Assembly (NCBI RefSeq): GCF_006345805.1
Contig: NC_042997.1
Span: 159,278,001 to 159,342,000 of the forward strand
Length of the DNA stretch: 64,000 nucleotides
From: Octopus sinensis
Taxonomy: Eukaryota
Direction: 5' to 3'
Part shown: positions 51,557 to 64,000 of the stretch, piece by piece
Layout: every line of letters begins with the position of its first letter
Position numbering within the stretch: position 1 is the first letter of the stretch
Made by a program: the position numbers and the translations under genes
The notes under the pieces: model-generated
Told to the model about the DNA's origin: nothing
The model's database searches: none
The model's input: only the letters and a program-made list of their open reading frames with translations

Positions 51557-53090
51557 TCTAATCATCAAACAGAGTCAGTATGAGATGAAATATGATAAGG
51601 CTGAACCTTTGAATTACAGATGCAGTCAGTTTATCCAAGAAGCTGCTATACAGCTTCCATCTATCCATTTTCATTCGCAACAGCTATATTGACAGGACAG
51701 GAGACTACAATAAAACACACTCAGTCAAGATACATCTCAATTTTAAACCAAGTTACAATGAATGTGAAACAAGCACCATAGCTGTGTCTACTTTGATCTC
51801 TTACAACAGTACAAACAATCCATCACTACCATTAACAAAAACACAAGCAATCGCTTACATTAACACAAACACACAAATCTGTCAACTTTGGTCATTGACC
51901 AGCTGTCCCCCCTTTTAAATTTACTCCTCTTCTTCCTTATTCTTCAGCATTAATATTTTTTTCTTACTCTCCCTCTACTTTGAATCTATTTCTTTACCAC
52001 TACCAGTAAACTTTTAACTCTCATTCCAACAAAGAGTTCTTCTCAAAGCAAAATGATTTATTTCACTTTGTTAATTATTTATATTTGCTACTTGCCAATG
52101 CAGGCCATCAATGGTTTCTTTAAATTCTTCTGTTTCGCATAAATTTATAGGTAAAAGATATAACCAATTAGTTAATCCCATAAGAGATGTAAAAGAAGAT
52201 TAATTGCAGTAATGTTTCTTCTTATTAAATATCTTATCAGAAATACAGCAGCTGTAATTGCATGATTTGTTACAAACCCAAGGAAGGCTCTTTGCGGTCA
52301 CCCTAATTGCTAGCAATAGCAGCAAAGTTTTCCTCAAATCACATCTACTATCTTAAAAAAGAGAAATTACACATTAGATAATATAGTTCTATATATCGTT
52401 AAAAAGATAAACTGGACACAAGCAGAATGTCTTTAATCATAGGTTTGCTCAATTAAGACTGAAATGGAACTAAACAACAACATCCCTATTAAAATTACCA
52501 TCTTGAATATGTTTCCCAGAGGATTCTACAATCTTCCTTGTTTGAACAATGTGTTCTGTCTGAAGTGACATTTACATGCATAGCATTTTATAATGAACTT
52601 GCTAGGTTTGCTTGTACTGAACTGTTAATGATAACAGACATTGTAAAATTAACATCATACAATACGCATTTTCTGTACATTTTACCCCACCACCACCACC
52701 ACCACCACCATCATCATCATCATAGTCTGCTAAAACATTAGCTCAACTTCTTAAACTGATTATGTTAAGAGATAATGAACTTACCCACAATAACTAGAGA
52801 TCAATCAGGACTTATAATAATCGTAACTTACAATATGCGTTCTGTCCAAATCAGTGCACTTTACAAATCTGGTATGTGTGTGTGTGTGTGTGAGGGGAGA
52901 GACAGACAGACAGACAGAGAGTGAGTAAGAATGGGAGTTGTACTCTATCCAGTTTTATACAATTATATATATTTAACAACTCATCTGAATCTACAGGCTT
53001 TGCTTTAAATATAATATTGTGTATTTGGCAACCATTTTCTGTGAAGATTATTACAACTGATTTAACACTATCCATCCCTCTTGTATCTAG

Positions 53091-53185
53091 ATTCAACTTT
53101 TCTAAATTTAAATTTGATCAGAAACAGCCTTATGAACTCTGGAGCTTTCAGATAAACAAAGATATAAAGAAGAGGAAGGTCCCTG
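53091..53185 (+). other. Candidate internal coding exon (unconfirmed)
   Basis: Acceptor CCCTCTTGTATCTAG, donor CTG|GTGAGT, one open frame FNFSKFKFDQKQPYELWSFQINKDIKKRKVP; no homology recognised. Confidence 0.3.
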
Positions 53186-53739
53186 GTGAGTATGCTAGAT
53201 GCAGGAATCAATTAAGTGACCGAACTAGCAAACCAAAATATGACCATAAATATAACATTTTTTTAATGCATAATGTATGGCTGTGTTTAATCTGTTTACC
53301 AAGAACTACCTCATTGTTACCACCTGGTGGCTCAATATCAGACTAGAGATGTAGGCTCTGCAAGTAGAAACAAAGATGACTTGTCTAGGTGGGGAGTACT
53401 AACTTGGAATGAAAATTAATACAGAGAAGAGAAGACCATTTAGCTCTGACAAACAACCTCTAAAAAGCATGATACAATGCTCCTAGTCCCTGCTGTAAGG
53501 TGGTTAGTAATAGGAAGGGCATCTAACCATAACAGTATGCTATAGAAATACATGACATAGACAGTAACAGTGATTGGCAGTTTTCTCTGCTGTTGACAAA
53601 GGAATACAGTAACAGTTGTTCAACCCATACCAGCATGGAAAAAAATGGATGTACTAATCTTGTTCATGATCATGATGAACTATAGTTGGTCCCCATGTTC
53701 AAATAATGACAACTAAATCAAACTGATCTAAACTGCCCT

Positions 53740-54150
53740 AGGCGAGGCTGTGTGGAAAGATGCTTGCTTCCCAACTACATGGTTCAGTCCTATTGCATGG
53801 CACCTAGGGCAAGTGTCTTGTATTATAGCCTCAGGCTGACCAAAGCCTTGTGAGTGGATTTGGTAGATGGAAACTGAAAGAAGCCTGTCGTGTATGTGTG
53901 TGTGTGTGTCTTTGTGTCTGTCCCCCCAATCACTGCTTGACAACTAGCGTTAGTGTGTTTATGTTCCTGTAACTTAGCAGTTCAACAAAAGGATTCAATA
54001 AAATAAGTATCAGGCTTAAAATAAGTATCAGGCTTAAAATAAGTATCAGTCATAAATACTGGCGTTAATATGTTTGACTAAAAATTCTTCAAGGTGGTGC
54101 CCCAGCAAGGCCGCAGTCTAATGATTGAAACATGTAAAAGATAAAAGATA
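53740..54150 (+). mobile_element. SINE family C, full length
   Basis: Head, GGCACCTAGGGCAAGTGTCTT CORE-like segment, internal TG repeat and CAGC..GGCC...TGAAAC tail. Confidence 0.8.
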
Positions 54151-54569
54151 TTTCTTCATAATTAGTTTTAACTTATTGGTTACTTCTAAGCACCTAACTG
54201 ATTCCCTTTATGACACAGGCCAAGACTGTCATAGTTAACAACAACGTTCAGATAGAAAACTAAATGTGCTGCATTATTTTCCTTACTAGACCCCAAGATG
54301 CTAGATTATAAACCATCACTTTTTAATCAGCTGCATAACCTGCGGCAGTCTGAATTAAGACTAAATGCAAACATCATCATTTAATGTAAGGTTTCCTTAC
54401 TAGCATGAGTTGAACAGATCTCACAGCATCTGAGGGATCTGTCCAACGCATGCCAACATGGGTTGGTAGCAGAAGAGCATCCAACCAAAAAGTCCTATCC
54501 AAGCCTTGCTAACATGGAAAAGCTGATATAAATGTACAGAAGATACTCCACCATACACAAATATGAATC

Positions 54570-54965
54570 TCATCATCATCATTGTTTAATGTCCATTTTC
54601 CATGCTAGCATGGGTTGGATGGTTCAACTGGGGTCTGGGAATCCATGAGGCTGCACCAGGCTCCAACCTGATCTGGCAGCGTTTCTACAGCTGGATGCCC
54701 TTCCTAATGCCAACCACTCCATGAGTGTAGTGGGTGCTTTTTATGTACCACCAGCACAAGTGCCAGGGGAGGCTGGCAACGGCCATGATCGGTTGGTGCT
54801 TTTTATGTGCCACCTGCACGGAAGCCAGCTAAGGCAGCGCTGGCATCAGCCACTTTCGGATGGTGCTTTGTACGTGCCACCGGCACAGGTATCACATCTA
54901 CAATTTCCATTTGATTTTTTAATGTTGATCAAATGAAAATTGTAGTTGTGATACCTGTGCCAGTG
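54570..54965 (-). mobile_element. RTE 3'-UTR fragment with subrepeats
   Basis: ATC tail and reverse complement of the 28280-28525 region. Confidence 0.85.
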
Positions 54966-55205
54966 GTATCTATACTAGTAAATTTTTACACACACACTGT
55001 AATTTTAAGCAAGTCATCAAAAGGATACAAGTAAGACCGACACAATTTGGGATACTGCCTTTATACACAAATACAGAATAGACATACATACATCATCTAA
55101 AAGAAGGCAATTCAATAAGTAGTAAGGACAGCCTCATCAAATTACACTACAACAGCATATCTGCAGGCATATTTCTTCATTTTTACCCCTGATACTAATT
55201 ACTGC

Positions 55206-55569
55206 AGAGGCACAATGTCCCAGTGGTTAGGGCAGTGAACTTGCAGTCTTAGGATTGCGGTTTCAATTCCCAGACCGGGTGTTGTGAGTATTTATTGAGT
55301 GAAAACACATAAAGCTCCGCGAGGCTCAGGCAGGGGGTGGTGGTGAACTCTGCTGTACTCTTTCACCCCAATTTTCTCTCACTTTTTCTTCCTGTTTCTG
55401 TTGTACCTGTATTTCAAAGGGCCAGCCTTGTGTCACGCTGAATCTCCCCAAGAACTACGTTAAGGGTACACGTGTCTGTGAAGTGCTCAGCCACTTGCAT
55501 GTTAATTTCACAAGCAAGGCTGTTCCGTTGATCGGATCAACTGGAACACTCATTGTCGTAACCAACATA
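55206..55569 (+). mobile_element. tRNA-derived SINE, family D-related, with 12-bp TSD
   Basis: ACTAATTACTGC at 55194-55205 and 55570-55581; CAGTGGTTAG and GTTTCAATTCC boxes. Confidence 0.85.
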
Positions 55570-56982
55570 ACTAATTACTGCTAAATTGTTCTTCACCACA
55601 ACTGAAGCCTTCTGGAATTCCTCTCCAACCCAAGTGTTTTTTCCTTTCTAGATTTCTAGATACACATAGCAGCTTACTGAATGTTTAAACTGGGTATCAA
55701 CCAAATTTGAATGATGAGGAGTGGAGAATGGAGAGATTACAAAGGTCATGAGCATTGGCTCCCTCCTCCTACAATTCATAATCAAATAAATAGATCACCA
55801 AATTGGCTAGGTAACACAGATTAATAAAGCACAGGGATTATCATCAACAGTTCAAGGACATCAAGATTAATAATTCCCAATTTTGGGATAATATTAAACA
55901 CACTTTATACATTAGATGTGTATTAGAAACCAAAGCAATCAGACTCATGTAATTGCTGTCTTTTAACATAAATGGTTTCTGAAATCATTTTGTTAATTAG
56001 AAAAAATAAAATGTCTGTGTTTTACTACTTTATGCACAATTAAATAATCATAATTTTACATTACAATTTCAAAACTAATTAATCATTTACAATAAATAGA
56101 TAAGAGTGATCTAAGAAAATGGTTCTGTCAAAAGTAATCCTTACTATGACAACTACTACTACTACTACTACTACTACAAGAAGAAGGAGAAGGAGGAAGG
56201 TGAAGGAAGGAAGGAGAAGAAGGAGGAGGAGAAGAAGAAGAAGATGAAGAAGATGAAGAAGAAGGAGAAGATGAAGAAGAAGGAGAAGAGCAACAACAGT
56301 TGCGACACAAATTACACATTACATTCAGTAAGGTTATCCTTATAATAACAATGAAAATAACAACAGTACTATTACTACTAATACTACGATTACCAGTAAT
56401 AATAATAATAATCCTCTAAATCTCAGTCCCCTCACCTCACTCCAGCCAGAATCCTAAATCTGAACCTTAAGTCACTAGCATTGTCCATAAATGAGCTATT
56501 TACTAATATGCAAGCTTAATAACTACTTAGTGTCGTTTAAGTCTCTCTGCTGTAATCATTATGTACCAAAATTAAGTCAGTCACACGCACATATGAACAG
56601 GTCAAAACACACACACATATATATATGTGTGTGTGTACATGTGCTTATAGAAATTTGCATTTATGAATGTGTCTCTGTATGTATGTAAGTATACATATAA
56701 AAGCATATGGTAGTAGGCATTTATGGATGTGTGTGACTGAATCTGTATACCTGTGACCAAATATTTTTCTTAATATGATTAACAGTAAATGCACATGTTC
56801 ATACATTTGTTTACGTGTTTGTAAATGAGTCTGTGTGTGTGAGGTAGATATATGTATGTATGTATATTTGTATGTATGCAAGCATCTTTGTGAGAGAGAG
56901 AGGAAGAGTATTTATGCTTATTATTGTTGTTGGGGCCCAAAGCAAACATAAACAAGCAGACTTCTGATTATTAAAATGCTAA

Positions 56983-57012
56983 TACTAACCACCCTGCCTT
57001 TCATTTTTACAG
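56983..57012 (+). promoter_or_regulatory. Consensus branch point plus polypyrimidine tract plus 3' splice site
   Basis: TACTAAC-CACCCTGCCTTTCATTTTTAC-AG|G. Confidence 0.4.
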
Positions 57013-58144
57013 GGAGTATAAGTATACCTTTTCCAATGTAATTCTTTTCCTTCTTGAGAAAGTAGGATACAATTTGAAAGCTATTTCACTACCGCTTTTA
57101 TAAGGTTAAGCAACACCATAAAAGATCCCTCATTTTGTGTGTGCAGGTGTATATTTTTCTCCAAAGGTATTCCGATATATCTCAGCAGGTATGTCTTTGA
57201 CATCAGTACAACTGAAACTCTAAGTTTTGGGTTCAATAGCACTGCATGGCACCTTGCACAAATGTCATCTACTTTAGCCCCAGGCAAACCAAAGCCTTGT
57301 GAGTTAATTTGGTAGACAGAAACAGAAAGAAGCTTGTCAAAGCATGCTATTCATTTCTAATCTTCTTGAAAACATGTCCAGCCATGGGGAAATATTACCT
57401 CACTTGTAAAATTAGGTGAGAGCTGGTAACATAAAGGGAATCTAGGACAATAACTCTGAGGACAACAGATGATTTAAACTTCTCAATATATTGGAGAGGG
57501 GGTAATTAACGAAGGTGAGCAATTGTCCTAGGGGGTAATTGTCCTGATACGCATGAAGGGCAGCCAGTCATAGAAAATCTGCCTCAGCAAATTTCATCTG
57601 ACTCATGTAAGCATGGAAAATAGATGTTGAAACAAGAATAATGATGACAATGATGATGTTTTATTTTAATGTTTTTTTAAAATCAAAGTGTTGTATGTTG
57701 CCTGTAAAATATAGGTATGGGTTCTGTGATTTTTGGAAAACTGTGTCAGGGGTTTCATGCCAAAATAAGTTTGGGAACCACAGACACAAACAATAGGACC
57801 TGCAATTATGTAAATATAATGGAAGAAGCTTAGCTATCACTCACAAGTAGGTATGACCTATAGAATATACCATGGTTTGATAATTATTTTAGGCACCCAT
57901 GTGGTCACACAAAGACAAAGACACTCTCTCAGACCAAAGAACACTGAAGTTATGACAGCTGGAGGAAAACAAAGCTCTACATGGTTTATAACTGAGTAAA
58001 CTAGAGCAATGTGAAATGAATTTACTGAAGAACAGAATGATCTGCCTGATCCACAAAATTATAGTTGTGACCCCATCGAATAAAACATAATAAGCAATAC
58101 AATAGTTTCAGAGAATTTGAAAGAAGTCTCAAACTTGATTAAGT

Positions 58145-58340
58145 GCATCATCATCATCATTCTTTAACATCTGTTTTCCATGCTGGCATGGGTTGGATGG
58201 TTTGACCAGAAATAACAAGCCAAAGAGCCACATTAGGTTCCTGTCTGATTCGCTCGGTATCTATGGCTGGATGCCCTTCTTAATGCCAACTACTTTACAG
58301 TGTACTGGGTGCTTTTAGCATGGGACCAACACAAGCACTT
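58145..58340 (-). mobile_element. RTE 3'-UTR fragment
   Basis: ATC tail, CCATGCTGGCATGGGTTGG and GCTGGATGCCCTTC motifs. Confidence 0.75.
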
Positions 58341-58876
58341 TTAAATGGTGCCACCACAATAGAGGAAAATTGTACAACTGTAAAGAAAATTTTTACATAT
58401 ATTTTCATAAAACTTTAATTTAATTCTGTTTCTCCAGTGTAAGGTGAACTCAATTTTGGATGTAGGTAACTGTACATAAGATTTCAATTGTTAGCATAGG
58501 AACATTGTTTTTTTTTTCTTTTGCACTGCAGAAACTGGTATTCTGAGATTGAAACATGCTAATGAACATATGTATGAAAAGATGGACAGACAGCATTAAA
58601 ATATGGAGAGATAAATCATTAGTAGAGCGATGAGATCTGGCTCACAGCTATGACAGAAAGAGAAAATTAGAGTATATTATGTCACCTTTATAACTCTTGT
58701 GGAAGTTGAAGATTCAAGCCTCAGTGTGCATGTGTAGAACTATACACACACACACAAACACATGTATACAAAGTCATTTCTTGTGATCACTTATGGATGG
58801 AACTTCTAATAAAAAATATAGTGTGGGACTCATTAATTTTGATTAGCACTGCTGGTAATGTTATTTCTGATTATGC

Positions 58877-58909
<33 letters not shown>

Positions 58910-59740
58910 ATGCATGCACGCATACATACATGCATGTACACACAATCACACATGTGCAAAAGACAAAACAGAGCTTGTATGGACAGTAATATGACTATGG
59001 GATAACAGCTGGGTAAAGAAATAGCAAACAATCTAGGTAGAAGAAAGATACACAAAAGGAAGAGCAAAGAAAGACATGAGAAGAAGTAGTGAAGGATGAC
59101 TTGAAGATGCTAAGTACCATGAAAGAGATATTAATGGTAAGATGCTAGGCTACAGACATCAACAAGTGGTAAGATGCTGGGCTACAGACATCCTGCTTGA
59201 CCTGTACAGCATGGAAAAAGGCATAAGAAAATGATGTTCATGACATATAGACATACACTTACACATATATAAAAAAGAAAATATGAGCACAGAGGTTAAT
59301 TCACTTGACTAAAATTCTTCCATGTAGTGCTCCAACATGGCCACAGTCTAATGACTGAAACAAGTGAAAGATAAAAGATATATACATATAAAGAAAGAAC
59401 TGGGGTGATAGGTACTCCTCAACAAGGCCCAGCTAAGACAACCCATCTGGGAGAGTATTAACTCTGAGTAGAAATATGGATACAGAGTAGAATGGACTAT
59501 ATTGTTCTTTCACAGACATCCATTCTAGTGCCTCAGGTAAGGAAAACTGGCTCAGTCCACACAGTAAAGTGGTTGGTGATAAGAAAGGCAATGAACCATA
59601 GAGAAACATGCCAAAAGTATGACATAAGCAACAGATGACCAGGTTTTATATTGCTGTGCAACAAATGACTATGGACTACAACAAGTGGTGAACTACCAAA
59701 CTGAGCCCAGCCAACCCAAGCCATGTAAATGATTATGTTG

Positions 59741-59790
<50 letters not shown>

Positions 59791-59992
59791 TGAGGGAAGG
59801 CTGAAAAGTTAAGGGTATCAAAAAGGCCTGATTGGAGGCCCAACTTTCCAAGTTCTTTCACAGGGATTATAAAAACTGAAAGACTGCTGCAATAAGTGTG
59901 TGAATATAAGGATGGAATATGTTAAATAAAATCAGAATTAACTAATCCTTCTGTATTTTCTTCTACCCAAAGCTAGGAACTTTTCAGCACCA

Positions 59993-60031
<39 letters not shown>

Positions 60032-60034
60032 CAC

Positions 60035-60410
60035 TCTTTTACTTGTTTCAAGTCATTTGATTGTGGCCATGCTGAAACTCCACCTTTAGTTGAACAATCC
60101 TGACCCCAGGACTTATTCTTTGTAAGCCTAGTACTTATTCTATCAGTCTCTCTTGCCAAACTGCTAAGTTACAGGGATATAAACACACCAACATCAGTTA
60201 TCAAGTGATGGTGGAGGGACAAACACAGACACACAATTACATACACACATATATACAACAGGCTTCTTACAGTTTCCAGCTACCAAATCCACTCACAACG
60301 CTTTGGTTGGGCCAAGGCTATAGAAGAAGACACTTGCCCAAGGTGCCACGCAGTGGGACTGAATCCAGAACTATGTGGTTGGGAAGCAAGCTTCTTACCG
60401 CACAGCCACA
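60035..60410 (-). mobile_element. SINE family C, full length
   Basis: Reverse complement of the 8896 and 53740 copies. Confidence 0.8.
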
Positions 60411-60845
60411 CATACAAATATATGTATACAGATATGTTCATAACTACAAAACAGAATTATTTCATTCTACTGATTCCCGTATATTAATTATACTTATTTA
60501 ATGCAGTGGGATGAGAAGTCATCTTCATGAGGAAATGAACTCAGAATAACTTGGCACCACTCTACCATTTTTTAGCATATTTGCTTCCTGAAATCTGTTG
60601 TTTGTCTTTATGCACTCATATACACCCATATATGTAAACACATACATAGAGAAATATATATATATATATATATATTAGTCCAACCCATGCTAGCATGGAA
60701 AGTGGACGTTAAATGATGATGATGATGATGATGATATATATACACATACATACATATGCATACAAATATACATACATAGATATGTATATTATACATATAT
60801 ATGTAGACAAATATTCATACATAGATGTGCATATCATACATATGT

Positions 60846-60953
<108 letters not shown>

Positions 60954-62129
60954 ATGTACATTCATTTTATATAAAAGCAAATACATAAAACAGAATATAG
61001 GTCCCTCAGAAATAAAGTATATCTGTTGCTTTTTTTTTTTCTTTTCTGTAATATTTTGTACAGCATCTGACAATTTAAAAAGGCACAACTATATAAATAA
61101 TATTTACATACAAAGTTTATCTTTTCTGCTTTTTCATCATTAACAATAATTTAAATCAATCAACTCACCTGGATTATTGATACCCAATACCGTATTCACA
61201 TCTTAAGTAAGCATCTTTGTATATAGCTCCTGTACCATATATATATATATATATATATATAGTATTACGTATGTTTGTGTGTGTTGTGTGTGTGCTTTTA
61301 TAGATAAGTATATGTCTGTATGAATATATGTATATATTTCCGTTTTCTTGCTAAGAACTCACAAAAGAGGTACACATTTCAAAAAGTAATAGGCAAAAAA
61401 ACCAATTTTGACAACATATGTGTGTGCCGTGGAATCAGAAAGGAGAGACAGGGAGGGACTGAGTGAGTCAGAGAAACGCGTACGCGAGACAGAAAAGGGG
61501 AAAAGAAAGAAGCAGAGAGAGAAAGGAGGCAGCGAGTGTTATCAGGAAGACTGCGAAAATGTACACCAATGTTTGTACGCAAGCATGCGTCAAAACATTA
61601 GCTATTGATTTTCTAAAAAAATGTGTGTGTGTGTGTGTGTGTGGACGACTAAGTGTATGAGTGACTGTGTGTGAGTGTGTGTATGAATGACTGCGCGGAG
61701 GAATAGTGGCTGTGTGCTTGAGAGAGAAAGTGAGAGAGAAAGAGAGAGAAAGAGAGAGGTGGGGGTGCAATTAGATCACCTGCTGCACTGATAACATACT
61801 GAGTTTTCACTATGATGTGATTTAAACATTCATCCACAGAGATAGAGGCAGGGGGGTTCATCCCCTCCAGCACACACACACACACACACACAATCGAATT
61901 AGTTAAAAAAAAAATCTACAAGAAGTTATCCTTTAAATGAAAAAAGGGATTCTCTGTCGAGAAATGTATTTCTAAAAGGAACAGCTGTTCCACCCCCATT
62001 TCCCTCTTCATATCAACTTTTATTTCCTCTCAACTCATTAAGATAAAAATTAATTTTACTTGCACACACACACACACACACACCACACACACACAAATCA
62101 ACAGATGCATTTATAGACTTTTTTTGAAC

Positions 62130-62566
<437 letters not shown>

Positions 62567-63059
62567 CAAAAGAGCAAACTTATCGCATTAAAATAATTTA
62601 AACAAATTTTAGATTTTTTGAAAGTGGTTAGTCTGCTTCTTTATTTTTCCTGTTTTCATTCTGAAAATGTATTCTCTGGCTATGAATTTCCATTGTATTT
62701 ATATCTTCTATTTAGTATAGTAAGCTTCCCATAGTAACATTTAAGGAGGAGTTGATTGTTTTTATATGCTGCTGTCTTTTCAAAACAAATGAAAGAAATG
62801 CTGGAGAGATTAATTTGAGGCTGGGATACAGACATTCATTCAGTTTAATAGTAGAGTATATGGATTAAAAAAAAAGGTGTTATATAAAAGGCTGGATAAT
62901 AAGCATAAATGAAAACATGAGGAGGAGTGAAGTTGTTGAGAAGGAAAGCTAACATGAGAATGGTGAATATATTGAACATTTAACAAAAATATAGAAATTA
63001 GCTATAGAAATAACTGGCAAATATATTTATTTAAACTGTAACAAATTTTTGAAATGGGG

Positions 63060-63097
63060 AAAAGATATATGTTAAGAAAAAAGAAATTAAATATGTA

Positions 63098-63145
<48 letters not shown>

Positions 63146-63185
63146 AGTACATATTTAATTTCTTTTTTTTTAGAATATATCTTTT
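63060..63185. repeat. AT-rich palindrome centred on (TA)n
   Basis: AAAGAAATTAAATATGTACTTAT ... ATAAGTACATATTTAATTTCTTT, extending with mismatches to AAAAGATATAT/ATATATCTTTT. Confidence 0.85.
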
Positions 63186-63607
63186 TTTTAACATATATAT
63201 ATATATATATACATATTTATACACACATATATATACTACCAAAGCAGATATATATAAAAGGATCAAAGGTCCTTTCTGAGCTATAGGATCCTAAGATTGG
63301 TTTCCAAGATTCTGTCATGTATATATTCTCCACTGGATGGGACACTAGTCCATTGCAGCATCATACATTTTTGCCAGCTGAGTGGACTGGAGCAATGTGA
63401 AATGAAGTGTTTTGCGCAAGAGTGCAATGCATCATCCAGTCCAGGAATTGAAACCACAATTTTAAGATCATGAGTGCCCTAACCACTAGGCCTTGGGTGC
63501 CTGCATATGTGTGTATATATACACACACATTAATACATATGTACATATATATGCATACATGTACACAAATACAAACACATGCACACACATGTATATACAT
63601 GTGTATG

Positions 63608-64000
63608 TGTGTAACAACATCAAAAGAGGATTAACCGGGAAGATAGTTTTCATGTGCAGCAGATGCACATGGGCAATAAGCTCCACAGATGCTCAGGAAA
63701 CAGATTCCATCACATGCCAGGGGGAGAAACTAGTTGATAGCTTCTGCTACCTAGGTGACCAAGTCTGTAGTGGGGGTGGATGCTCAGAGAGTGTTACCAC
63801 TAAATAAGAATAACCTGGCAAAGTTCAGAAAGCTTCTACCCCTACTGGTGACAAAGGGTCTCTCACTCAGAGTGAAAGGTAGATTGTATGACGCATGTAT
63901 GCAAATTGCCATGCTTCACTGAAGTGAAACATGGGCCACGACTGCTGAAGACATGCATAAGCCTGAAAAAAATGAAGTTAGCATGATTCACTAGATGTGT
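63608..64000 (+). mobile_element. Decayed RTE copy of the PHD-containing family, runs off the window end
   Basis: CNNIKRGLTGKIVFMCSRC...DSITCQGEKL.VDSFCYLGDQ...KFRKLLPLLVTKGLSLRVKGRLYDAC matches 27470-27860. Confidence 0.9.

Noticed and set aside
54001-54050. 18-bp unit repeated about 2.5 times (similar short duplications near 45380-45470 and 59135-59190)
   Set aside because: Ordinary local slippage duplications.

Overview
This is an AT-rich, microsatellite-dense, transposon-saturated stretch of animal genome. It is most consistent with an octopus or other coleoid cephalopod, inferred from repeat families I recall, not proven. I cannot support any host protein-coding gene; only weak + strand splice candidates lie near 53-58.6 kb. 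The one long coding unit is a near-intact, 5'-truncated RTE-clade LINE (about 25223-28525). It carries an APE endonuclease and a reverse transcriptase (YADD) joined across one 1-nt frameshift, with a C4HC3 PHD-like zinc finger inside the RT region. The rest is made of several tRNA-derived SINE families (some with clear TSDs), many (GAT)n-tailed RTE 3' fragments, decayed CR1-like and R4/Dong-like LINE pieces, a DD37D (maT-type) Tc1/mariner relic, TTAA-flanked piggyBac-type MITEs, several inverted repeats, and three tandem duplications with breakpoints in microsatellites. The most striking structure is a ~490-bp palindromic element (36728-37218) inserted as one unit with a 10-bp TSD. It has two outward-facing tRNA-like Pol III heads, and each arm ends in a degenerate Penelope-type minimal hammerhead ribozyme motif. 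All coordinates were read by eye and repeat boundaries are approximate.
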